Assembly: GCA_963422735.1 (NCBI GenBank)
Contig: OY730476.1
Location: 4,864,001 to 4,928,000 of the forward strand
DNA length: 64,000 bases
DNA from: Candidatus Latescibacterota bacterium
GTDB lineage: Bacteria; Latescibacterota; UBA2968; UBA8231
Direction: 5' to 3'
Positions 48,878-56,739 of this stretch are shown one piece after another. A program made the translations under genes and the position numbers. The notes beneath the pieces were generated by a model. The model ran no database searches. It was not told where the DNA came from and was given only the letters and a program-made list of their open reading frames with translations. Numbering within the stretch: the first letter of the stretch is position 1; every line of letters begins with the position of its first letter.

Positions 48878-50503
48878 ATGCTCAAACAATACCTATCTTT
48901 TATCGTGCATTTCGCCGTGGCTTGGTTCCTTTGCCCAAGTCCCGTCTCGGCGCAAATAGATGTGGATGTTGTTGCTGAAAGCATCGTGCGGGTTCGCGCT
49001 TATGACGATCACAAAGTCGTGGTTGAAGGGAGCGGTTTCGTCGTCAACGAAAAAGGATACGTGCTGACGAATGCCCATCTCCTAGCCAAGGCAGAGGGCT
49101 TGACCGTATGGTCCCTGAAGACTGGGGCCGAGGTTGTGGCGCAGCGGGTGTTTGCCAGCCGCGACATGAACTTGGCCCTGTTGCACGTACCGGGCTTGAA
49201 CTTGCCGCCCCTCAGCTTATCCGAGCAAGGAGCCGATGTCGGCCGGGCCGTGCAGACGCTGCGATTCGGCGCAGCGGGGGATGTTCGGCTTTCTCGCGGG
49301 ACGATAGGCACATACCAAGACGTCTTCGGCAAGAAATCAAGCCGTCCGGTGGCACACCTGCTCCAACACAATGCCTTGATAACGGCCCAAGCCTTCGGTA
49401 TGCCCTTGTTCAACGAATGCGGGGATGTCGTCGCCATCAATCTGCCAGACCAAGGCAGCGGCTCGTGGCCGTTTCGGAAAGCGAAACCAAAAGGAGCCAT
49501 TTTTGCCTTGCGCAGCGGCGACATCATAGCTGCACTCGAAGAGCGAGAAATCGCCCATACGGTGGTTGAGGCAGAATGCCTGAGTGCGGTTGAGCGCGCT
49601 GAACGCGATAGAAAAGCGGCCGCCGATAGCCTCAAGGTGGCTAAGGCGCAGGCCGACTCGGCAAGCAAAGCCGCAGAAAAGGCTAAGGCGCAAGCCGACT
49701 CGGCGAGCAAAGCCGCAGAAAAGACCAAGGCGCAGGCCGACTCGGCGAGCGAAGCCGCAGAAAAGGCCAAGGCCAAAGAGAAGGCCACGCGGCAGATGGC
49801 CGAACGGGAGAAAGCGCGGGCCGATTCCGCAAAGAAAGCAGTGGCCGACAGTCTCCAAGCGGCTAAGACCAAAGCCGATAGCCTGAAGATGGCCAAGGCA
49901 CGAGCCGATTCCGCGAGTAAGGCGGCCGCCGACAGTCTCAAGGCGGCCAAGGCCAAAGCCGACAGCCTCCAAGCGGCCAAAGATCAGGCCGCGCAGCGGT
50001 TGAAGTGGGGTATTGCCGCAGGGGCGGGACTGGTGCTGCTCGCACTTTTCGGTTGGTGGCTTTCCTCGCGGCGGAAAAAGGAGCAATTACAGAGCGCCGA
50101 GTCCCGCTTGAGCGAAGCCGAACAAACGGCTGAAGCAGCGCGCCAAGCCGTGGCGAACGCACCGCAAGCCGCGCCTTTCAGATGTCTATTGGAAGGCCAA
50201 GACCGCACCGGCCGGCCATTCGCATTGACCATACCGGCATTGGTGTTGGGTGATCGGGCCGGTGTGACGCTCGGGAGAAGCCCGGCCAGTGCCGAATTTA
50301 TCATCGACCACGAAGAAGTCTCCCGCGAACACATCCGGCTTGCGTGTGCTGACGGCGAACTCTACGCAGAGGATTTGAACGCCCTGAATAGCACAAAGTT
50401 GAATGGCCGCTTGCTCAACCCTCGCGAGCAGGTACTGTTGCAAAACAATGATCGGCTTGAGATAGGGCCAGTCGTTTTTACTGTGCGTTTAGTTCAGGAG
50501 TGA
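48878..50503 (+). CDS. Signal peptide - inactive trypsin-like domain - Ala/Lys coiled coil - TM - FHA
   Basis: GSGFVV, TNAH retained, QAFGMP instead of GNSGGP; FHA LGR...SREH...DLNALNST. Confidence 0.85.
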   Translation: MLKQYLSFIVHFAVAWFLCPSPVSAQIDVDVVAESIVRVRAYDDHKVVVEGSGFVVNEKGYVLTNAHLLAKAEGLTVWSLKTGAEVVAQRVFASRDMNLALLHVPGLNLPPLSLSEQGADVGRAVQTLRFGAAGDVRLSRGTIGTYQDVFGKKSSRPVAHLLQHNALITAQAFGMPLFNECGDVVAINLPDQGSGSWPFRKAKPKGAIFALRSGDIIAALEEREIAHTVVEAECLSAVERAERDRKAAADSLKVAKAQADSASKAAEKAKAQADSASKAAEKTKAQADSASEAAEKAKAKEKATRQMAEREKARADSAKKAVADSLQAAKTKADSLKMAKARADSASKAAADSLKAAKAKADSLQAAKDQAAQRLKWGIAAGAGLVLLALFGWWLSSRRKKEQLQSAESRLSEAEQTAEAARQAVANAPQAAPFRCLLEGQDRTGRPFALTIPALVLGDRAGVTLGRSPASAEFIIDHEEVSREHIRLACADGELYAEDLNALNSTKLNGRLLNPREQVLLQNNDRLEIGPVVFTVRLVQE

Positions 50504-50506
50504 ACA

Positions 50507-51772
50507 TTGCACAGCTTCAGGCGCTGGGGTCTCGTCTTTTTTCTTTTTGCGCTTCTGCTGCCGTGCCGCTCCGTTGCCGCGCCAGACTTTGACGCGCTTG
50601 AGAAGAGCGTGGTACGCATTGTAAGGCAAACCAACGAGGGGCTTGGTGCTGGCACTGGATTCGCCATAAATGACCAAGGCTATATTGCGACAAATGTCCA
50701 CGTCATAGCCGACGCCAACTCGATCACAGCCATCCCAACAAACTCCAACGAGCTGTACGATGTGGAAGTAATCGCCACATCCCAAGAACTCGACCTCGCA
50801 ATCGCCTATATCCCAGATATAACCCTGCCGCCCATCGCGTTTTCGCTCGCACCAGCCATAAAAGGACAAAAGGTATGGTCCATAGGCTATCCTGGTGGGG
50901 CCGACCGCAACAGACCGGCTCACGACCCGACTGTGCAAGACGGCGTCATTGGAAGGGTTTTTTTGGGTGCGTGGCACGCGCAAGAACTCAGGATTATTCA
51001 GCACAATGCGCCGACCAATCCGGGCAACAGCGGCGGCCCTCTACTAGATGATTGTAGCCGGGCAGTTGGCGTCAATACGCAGGCGTCTCTCGTCGTCATT
51101 AGCAGTCCATCCAGCGGGGTGACGCGGGTACCCCATGCGGCGGGCATTTACTGGTCTTCGCATATAGAGGAATTGGCAAACCTGTTGGACGGCCATGGCA
51201 TTACTTTTCAATCAGAGCGCGACGATTGTGTGGCGGCTAGTGGCACGGGAAGTTCTGGCGAGGCCGAACAAGCGCGGGCGCAGGCAGAAGAAGCGAGCGA
51301 TCAGTTTCTCTTCTGGCTGCTATTGTTGGGAGGTGTGGCCTTGGTCGCCTTGGTCGTTGCCTCGAAGAAGCCGCGCCAGCTCGTCCAGCAGATGAGTCGG
51401 CGCACAACCAAAAAGGAAGGGGTAGAAGTTGTTGCAAAAGGCCCAAACCACGGCCTCGTGCTGGCCGGTTTTGACGGTCGCGGCAACCGCATTTGCATTG
51501 AGTTGTCGCCGGCCCGATTTGCCGGTCAACGCTTGGGGCTTTCGCTCGGCAGGCATCCCGATTTGGTGGATGAAATTGTCGCGGATGAAAACGTATCGAG
51601 ACGGCATCTGCGAATTGCAGCCGAGGGCGATCAACTTTACGTCGAAGATTTGAACTCCAGCAATGGGACATTTCTGAACGAGCAGCGCCTGTCGCCCTTT
51701 GAGCCGGCGCGGTTGGACTATGGTACCAAAGTCGCGCTGGGCGATTTGGTGCTCGTGGCGTCCAAACTTTAG
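50507..51772 (+). CDS. Signal peptide - trypsin-like serine protease - TM - FHA
   Basis: GTGF, TNVHV, DLAI, PGNSGGPL; FHA LGRH...VSRRH...DLNSSNGT. Confidence 0.9.
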   Translation: MHSFRRWGLVFFLFALLLPCRSVAAPDFDALEKSVVRIVRQTNEGLGAGTGFAINDQGYIATNVHVIADANSITAIPTNSNELYDVEVIATSQELDLAIAYIPDITLPPIAFSLAPAIKGQKVWSIGYPGGADRNRPAHDPTVQDGVIGRVFLGAWHAQELRIIQHNAPTNPGNSGGPLLDDCSRAVGVNTQASLVVISSPSSGVTRVPHAAGIYWSSHIEELANLLDGHGITFQSERDDCVAASGTGSSGEAEQARAQAEEASDQFLFWLLLLGGVALVALVVASKKPRQLVQQMSRRTTKKEGVEVVAKGPNHGLVLAGFDGRGNRICIELSPARFAGQRLGLSLGRHPDLVDEIVADENVSRRHLRIAAEGDQLYVEDLNSSNGTFLNEQRLSPFEPARLDYGTKVALGDLVLVASKL

Positions 51773-51786
51773 ATGGGGTACTGGGC

Positions 51787-52623
51787 GTGAAAAAACGCAG
51801 CCGAGAGATCAACATCTTTAGCATGTCTGCGCTCGATCTGTTCGCATCGGCTCTCGGCGCGTTCATACTCATTACCATAGTGCTGCTGCCCTTTTTTCCA
51901 AATCTGAACATGTCGGGACAGGCAAAGGCTAAGCTGGCGCAGGCAAAGGCCGAATTGGCGCAGGCAAAGGCCGAATCAGAGCGGGTGAAGGCTAAGCTGG
52001 AGCGGGAGAAGGCCAAAGCTTCAAAAACAAAAGGTCAGCTTGAAAAACGGGTGAAGGCTTTGCAACAGGAGATAGACAACACAACCGTTTTATTGGGCAT
52101 TGAGACGAAGGCGAAGAAGTTTGTGCTCGTCATAGATATGTCGGGCAGTATTTATCAGCCTCGACAGCAAGATTATCGTCAGTTCATAACATTGTCCATA
52201 CAAGACATGCTCGCTGCTTTTAAGTCGGAAATAGAGGTCTGTCTCATTGGTTTTCAAGGCTCGAATCTGCTGCACTATTGGCCTCAAAATAGAGGTTACT
52301 TTCAAGTAGAAAGGAACACGCGAGATCGTGTTGTAGGACAGGTAAACGACTGGATGAGATTGGTGGATGGCGGCACGCCCACACGCGCCGCCTTGCTGGC
52401 GGCGATTGCACTGCACCCCGAAGAAATCATCCTGTTGAGCGATGGTGCGCCCTCAGAAGATTGGCGCATGGTCGTGCGGACTGTAACGGCTGAAAATAGG
52501 CGGAAAATACCCATACACGCCGTAGCTGTTGGCAATTACGTGGCAGACCGAAAATTTATTGACTTTCTAGTGCAGCTAACAGAGCGGAATAATGGGTCCG
52601 TTGTAGGAGCCAAACCAGGTTGA
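51787..52623 (+). CDS. TM - coiled coil - vWA domain protein (MotB/ExbD-like N-terminal helix)
   Basis: SALDLFASALGAFILITIVLLP TM with Asp; MIDAS DMSGS, GGT, LSDG. Confidence 0.85.
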   Translation: MKKRSREINIFSMSALDLFASALGAFILITIVLLPFFPNLNMSGQAKAKLAQAKAELAQAKAESERVKAKLEREKAKASKTKGQLEKRVKALQQEIDNTTVLLGIETKAKKFVLVIDMSGSIYQPRQQDYRQFITLSIQDMLAAFKSEIEVCLIGFQGSNLLHYWPQNRGYFQVERNTRDRVVGQVNDWMRLVDGGTPTRAALLAAIALHPEEIILLSDGAPSEDWRMVVRTVTAENRRKIPIHAVAVGNYVADRKFIDFLVQLTERNNGSVVGAKPG

Positions 52624-52624
52624 T

Positions 52625-52993
52625 ATGAACAAGTCGAGATTTTCCGTGTACCGAATCGGTCGCGGCTCAGGTGTGGACATCCAGATTGACGATGATTCGG
52701 TCTCTCGCGCCCACGCCGAGTTAATTACAACGCACAGCGGCTCTTACTATCTCACCGACTGCGCCAGCAGCGGGGGTAGTTATGTGGCGAGGGACGGCGA
52801 GTGGAGATGCATCAGGCAAGAATTTATAAGCCCGACAGATGCGATTTTGCTCGGTCATTATCAGACGACCGCACCCGCACTTATCGCTATGGCCGCGCAA
52901 AGCAAGCGCCGTTTAGGAGGGGGGACATCCCTGCCCAAGGGACCAGTGCAGCGCAACATAGATACGGGCGAGATCATTGGCGAGGAGGATTGA
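52625..52993 (+). CDS. Small FHA domain protein
   Basis: IGRG...VSRAHA...DCASSGGS. Confidence 0.85.
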   Translation: MNKSRFSVYRIGRGSGVDIQIDDDSVSRAHAELITTHSGSYYLTDCASSGGSYVARDGEWRCIRQEFISPTDAILLGHYQTTAPALIAMAAQSKRRLGGGTSLPKGPVQRNIDTGEIIGEED

Positions 52994-52994
52994 C

Positions 52995-53780
52995 ATGGCA
53001 AAAGGGCAAGGGGTAGATATAGAGCAACGCCTAAAAGCAAGCGGCTTCAGCCTGTTAGGGGGCGTCATATCTATAGCGATTATGAGTTTTATTTTTGACC
53101 GTCCCGATTCTGCGGCGGGTGCTTTTCTGCTAGATCGCCACACGGATAATTTCCCCTACCCGTTTACGATCCAAAACGTCATGTGGCTTATGTTTTGGAT
53201 CGGCTGCGGCGAGCTTTGGGTGCGATTCAACCAATCCAAGCTAGAAATGGAGCAGATGTCGAAACGCTATCTGCCGGAGGACGATGATGTTATGTTGCGG
53301 GCGCGGGATTTGGGTTCCTTTTATCAGAAGGTGCGGCCCATAGCGGAGGAGCGCACCTTCTTTTTACAGCGTCTGATCATGCGCTGTATTTTGCAGTTTC
53401 AGGGGAGCCACTCCGTCAATCAAGCCAACTCGCTATTGAATTCTTCTCTCGAATTATTTCAGCACGAGCTCGAACTCAAATACGCGATGTTGCGCTATCT
53501 CGTATGGCTGATACCAACCTTGGGGTTTATCGGCACTGTGGTGGGCATTGCGTTCGCGTTGGACTATGCGGCCAACATTGAAGATCCACAGGATCCGACC
53601 TTGCTGGCCGAGATTACGGGTCGGCTGGGCGTCGCGTTTTACACGACCTTGCTCGCGTTGGTCCAATCGGCACTGCTGGTGTTTGCGCTGCACATTGTGC
53701 AAAGCCGGGAAGAGATGTCCCTAAACCAATCCGGCCAATACTGTTTGGACAACTTAATCAACCGGCTTTACGAAAAATAA
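52995..53780 (+). CDS. MotA/TolQ/ExbB proton-channel family protein
   Basis: IPTLGFIGTVVGI and LGVAFYTTLLAL signature helices; GAGGAGG RBS. Confidence 0.9.
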   Translation: MAKGQGVDIEQRLKASGFSLLGGVISIAIMSFIFDRPDSAAGAFLLDRHTDNFPYPFTIQNVMWLMFWIGCGELWVRFNQSKLEMEQMSKRYLPEDDDVMLRARDLGSFYQKVRPIAEERTFFLQRLIMRCILQFQGSHSVNQANSLLNSSLELFQHELELKYAMLRYLVWLIPTLGFIGTVVGIAFALDYAANIEDPQDPTLLAEITGRLGVAFYTTLLALVQSALLVFALHIVQSREEMSLNQSGQYCLDNLINRLYEK

Positions 53781-53833
53781 GTTGCGGGCGAGACACCTGC
53801 GCTGCCGGAATAACTCAAAGATAGGAGGGCACC

Positions 53834-54481
53834 ATGCCTGTTTATCGCGGACCCGATGGCAAAATCATTGAAGAGAAAACCGATAAGCGGAAAGAGGATA
53901 CCAAACCAACGGACGTGGCCAACAGGCCGTTGCCGCCGGCACCACCGGGCGGCGAGCAACTCGCCGGGGAGGGGCGTTTAGATGCGCCCACGCAGCGGAT
54001 GGGCGAAAGCCGGTCCAATGTCGGCGAGGAGGAAAGGACGCGCTTGGTAGGTGGGCGGCGGCGGCGAGAAGACGAGGAGCGTCGGCAGGAACGCGCCGAA
54101 GAGGATCGCGGCATGGATGATCCGGTTGTGGGGTGGTTGGTCGTTGTGGGGGGGCCGGGCAAAGGGCGGGCCGTGCAATTGGGTTATGGTTCCAATTCGG
54201 TTGGTCGCGGGGAGACCGATCGAATTAAGCTCGATTTTGGCGACGATCAGATTTCGCGCAATAGCCATGCCGTTGTTACGTATGATCCGCGTGGCCGAAA
54301 ATTTTACGTGCAACACGGCGGCGGCACCAATCTGACGTATCTCGCGGATCAGCCCGTGCTCGCACCGACTGAGTTGCCGGCGCTGACCCACATCGGTATC
54401 GGCAATACGATTCTCCGTTTCGTGCCCCTGTGCGGTGCCGAGTTTGATTGGCAGGATACAGAAGGAAGCGAAGCGCGATGA
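53834..54481 (+). CDS. FHA domain protein with disordered Thr-bearing N-terminus
   Basis: PVVGWLVVVGGPGKG...VGR...ISRNSHA...GTN. Confidence 0.88.
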   Translation: MPVYRGPDGKIIEEKTDKRKEDTKPTDVANRPLPPAPPGGEQLAGEGRLDAPTQRMGESRSNVGEEERTRLVGGRRRREDEERRQERAEEDRGMDDPVVGWLVVVGGPGKGRAVQLGYGSNSVGRGETDRIKLDFGDDQISRNSHAVVTYDPRGRKFYVQHGGGTNLTYLADQPVLAPTELPALTHIGIGNTILRFVPLCGAEFDWQDTEGSEAR

Positions 54482-55557
54482 ACGAATTAGACGGGCGCTT
54501 TGCCGCGCGGCAAATTCCCGGCAAACGGGAGTATCAAGAGGATGATTACGGCCTGCTGGATGGGCGCGATCTCGGCATAGATGGCAACGAGCACTCCATG
54601 TTGTTGGTCGCCGATGGCATGGGCGGCCACGTTGGCGGCGCGACTGCTAGCGGCCTTTTGATTAGGACCTTTGTCGAGGAGTATCCGCAGGCTTCCGGGC
54701 CAATCGTCGATCGGCTCCGAGACTGTCTCGAAGCGGCTAATAAAGCCATTGCCGATGCCATTGCCGAAAATCCCGCACTCGACGGCATGGGTTCGACCTT
54801 GGTCGCGGCGGTTGTTTCAAGCGAAGGGCTGAACTGGATCAGCGTGGGCGACTCCCCGCTGTGGTTGTTCCGCGAGGGTAAATTGGAGCGTTTGAATGCA
54901 GACCACTCTATGGCTCCGGTTCTTGCGGATCTCGTGGCAATGGGGCGCATGACCGCAGAGGAAGCCGCTCGGGATTCAAGTCGGCATTCGCTGCGCTCGG
55001 CGGTCATGGGCAATGACATACATCTGATTGACGCGTCGTCACAGCCGGTGGCGGTTGATAAGGGCGACCGGCTGCTATTGGCGAGCGATGGTTTGATGAC
55101 CCTCAGCGATCAAGAGATCGCGGATATCCTCAAGAAAACGCAAGACGCGTCATTGGAGGATAGCGCCGCGGCCCTTATCCAAGCTGTGGAAGCTGCCGAA
55201 CATCTTCAACAGGACAATACGACCGTCTTGTTGTACACGCCGGAAGCTGGTGGGGATGCGGGATTAGCTGCGGCTGCTATTGGCGAGGGGGAAGATTTTC
55301 AGGATAAGCCGCGATTAAAACGAAAACGCAGGGGCAGACTGTTGAGGATGTTGCTATGCGTTGTCGTCTTATTGGGGGTGCTTTATTGGCTTAGGCAAGG
55401 CGAAAATGCGGCTGTTGAGCCGCCGGCGGCAGCTGCTGTGGGCACACTGGCTTCTCAGGAGGAGGCGACAGAGGACAGCATTCATGCGGGGGTAGAGGAA
55501 GCCGAGCTTAACGACCCGCGAGAAGAGGGTGTTGGGGTCGAGGGAGGGGAGAGGTGA
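54478..55557 (+). CDS. PP2C/PPM Ser/Thr phosphatase with C-terminal TM
   Basis: QEDD, VADGMGG, VGDS, ASDGL, QDNTT; basic patch then TM. Confidence 0.93.
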   Translation: MNELDGRFAARQIPGKREYQEDDYGLLDGRDLGIDGNEHSMLLVADGMGGHVGGATASGLLIRTFVEEYPQASGPIVDRLRDCLEAANKAIADAIAENPALDGMGSTLVAAVVSSEGLNWISVGDSPLWLFREGKLERLNADHSMAPVLADLVAMGRMTAEEAARDSSRHSLRSAVMGNDIHLIDASSQPVAVDKGDRLLLASDGLMTLSDQEIADILKKTQDASLEDSAAALIQAVEAAEHLQQDNTTVLLYTPEAGGDAGLAAAAIGEGEDFQDKPRLKRKRRGRLLRMLLCVVVLLGVLYWLRQGENAAVEPPAAAAVGTLASQEEATEDSIHAGVEEAELNDPREEGVGVEGGER

Positions 55558-55575
55558 GAGCGCAGGGCGTCGTCG

Positions 55576-55785
55576 CTACGATATAAACGAGAGCGGCCAT
55601 CCTGATGCCAGTAGGCTGGCCAGTAGCAAGCCAATCATCCAGCGGGTAGCTGCGCCGAGGCGGCGGCTCATTTCGTTAATGGCTCGCTCGATGCTTTCAA
55701 GGCGGCGGTCTAACTGCTCGACGACGCCTTCCAGCCGGCCAACGCGGCGGTCCAAGCTCTGTTCGTGGGACGTAGGGGAAGTTAT
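55576..55785 (-). pseudogene. Small coiled-coil protein with C-terminal TM and an ATA start (XhlA/DUF1640-like architecture)
   Basis: AGGAG 6 nt upstream of ATA; 69 aa ...RVGRLEGVVEQLDRRLESIERAINEMSRRLGAATRWMIGLLLASLLAS... Confidence 0.55.
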
Positions 55786-55893
55786 GATGCGCTCCTATAG
55801 ATCGGGTTGGTCTCTAAATAGTATAATATAGGTATCTCGTATGGAGATACGATGGCTTAGGCCCGCTACCAATCAACCAGATAAGGAGAAGCT

Positions 55894-56739
55894 ATGTTTC
55901 GCTCGCTATCACCGGGGGCTATCGGCGCAAGCGTAGAGAGCCTCGCAGACGGGCTTGATTTGGCCGCACGGCACGGATTCGCCGGGTATCACTTTAGCAT
56001 TGGCGAAGTCGCGGCCATGGGCGCGGAAGAGGCCCTCGCATTGGCCGAGCGCAAGGGCGTACGCCTGTCGGCATGGGGATTTCCCGTTGATTTTCGCGGG
56101 GAGGAGGCCACATACCAAGCGAGCTTGGCGCAGTTGCCGGAGTTGGCAAAAGTGGCAGCGGTGTTGGGGGTGCAACGGACGGCGACTTGGATCATGCCGG
56201 CCTCGGACGAGTTGACGTACCAAGAGAATTTCGCCTTTCACGTCGAGCGGCTACGGCCGGCCGCCGCGGTACTTGCCGAAGAAGGCGTGTGGTTAGGCTT
56301 GGAATACGTCGCGCCGAAAACGCTGTGGGCGAGCAAAAAGCACGAGTTTGTCCACACAATGGAGCAAATGGAGCAACTATGCCGAGCCGTAGGCGAGAAC
56401 GCGGGCTTTCTGCTCGATAGCTGGCATTGGTACACGGCCCACGAAACCGCTGCGGATGTGCGTCGCTTGCGCCCCCAGCAAGTGGTGGATGTACACGTTA
56501 ACGACGCACCGTCCGGCGTAGAGATTGACGAACAGCTCGACAACGTGCGCGACTTGCCCGGGGCGACCGACGTAATCGACATCGAGGCATTCCTAAGCGC
56601 CTTGCAGCACATTGGCTACGACGGACCAGTCATGGTCGAGCCGTTCAGTCAGCGAGTGCGCGCCATGGAGCGGGAGGAGGCTGTGGCGGCTACGGCCGCC
56701 GCGCTGGGCCGCGTGTGGAAGCAAGCCGGACTTGCGTGA
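55894..56739 (+). CDS. Sugar phosphate isomerase/epimerase family protein
   Basis: LGLEY, LDSWHW, VHVNDA, PG.T, VEPF. Confidence 0.88.
   Translation: MFRSLSPGAIGASVESLADGLDLAARHGFAGYHFSIGEVAAMGAEEALALAERKGVRLSAWGFPVDFRGEEATYQASLAQLPELAKVAAVLGVQRTATWIMPASDELTYQENFAFHVERLRPAAAVLAEEGVWLGLEYVAPKTLWASKKHEFVHTMEQMEQLCRAVGENAGFLLDSWHWYTAHETAADVRRLRPQQVVDVHVNDAPSGVEIDEQLDNVRDLPGATDVIDIEAFLSALQHIGYDGPVMVEPFSQRVRAMEREEAVAATAAALGRVWKQAGLA

Noticed and set aside
46237-50086. Repetitive minus-strand ORFs (46237, 48065, 48219, 49009, 49337)
   Set aside because: Antisense reflections of the ankyrin and Ala/Lys repeats
46946-55557. T6SS PpkA/PppA/Fha module or canonical Zorya
   Set aside because: No tss, vgrG or hcp genes; the MotA protein has no long ZorA tail, there is no OmpA-domain ZorB and no ZorC/D/E
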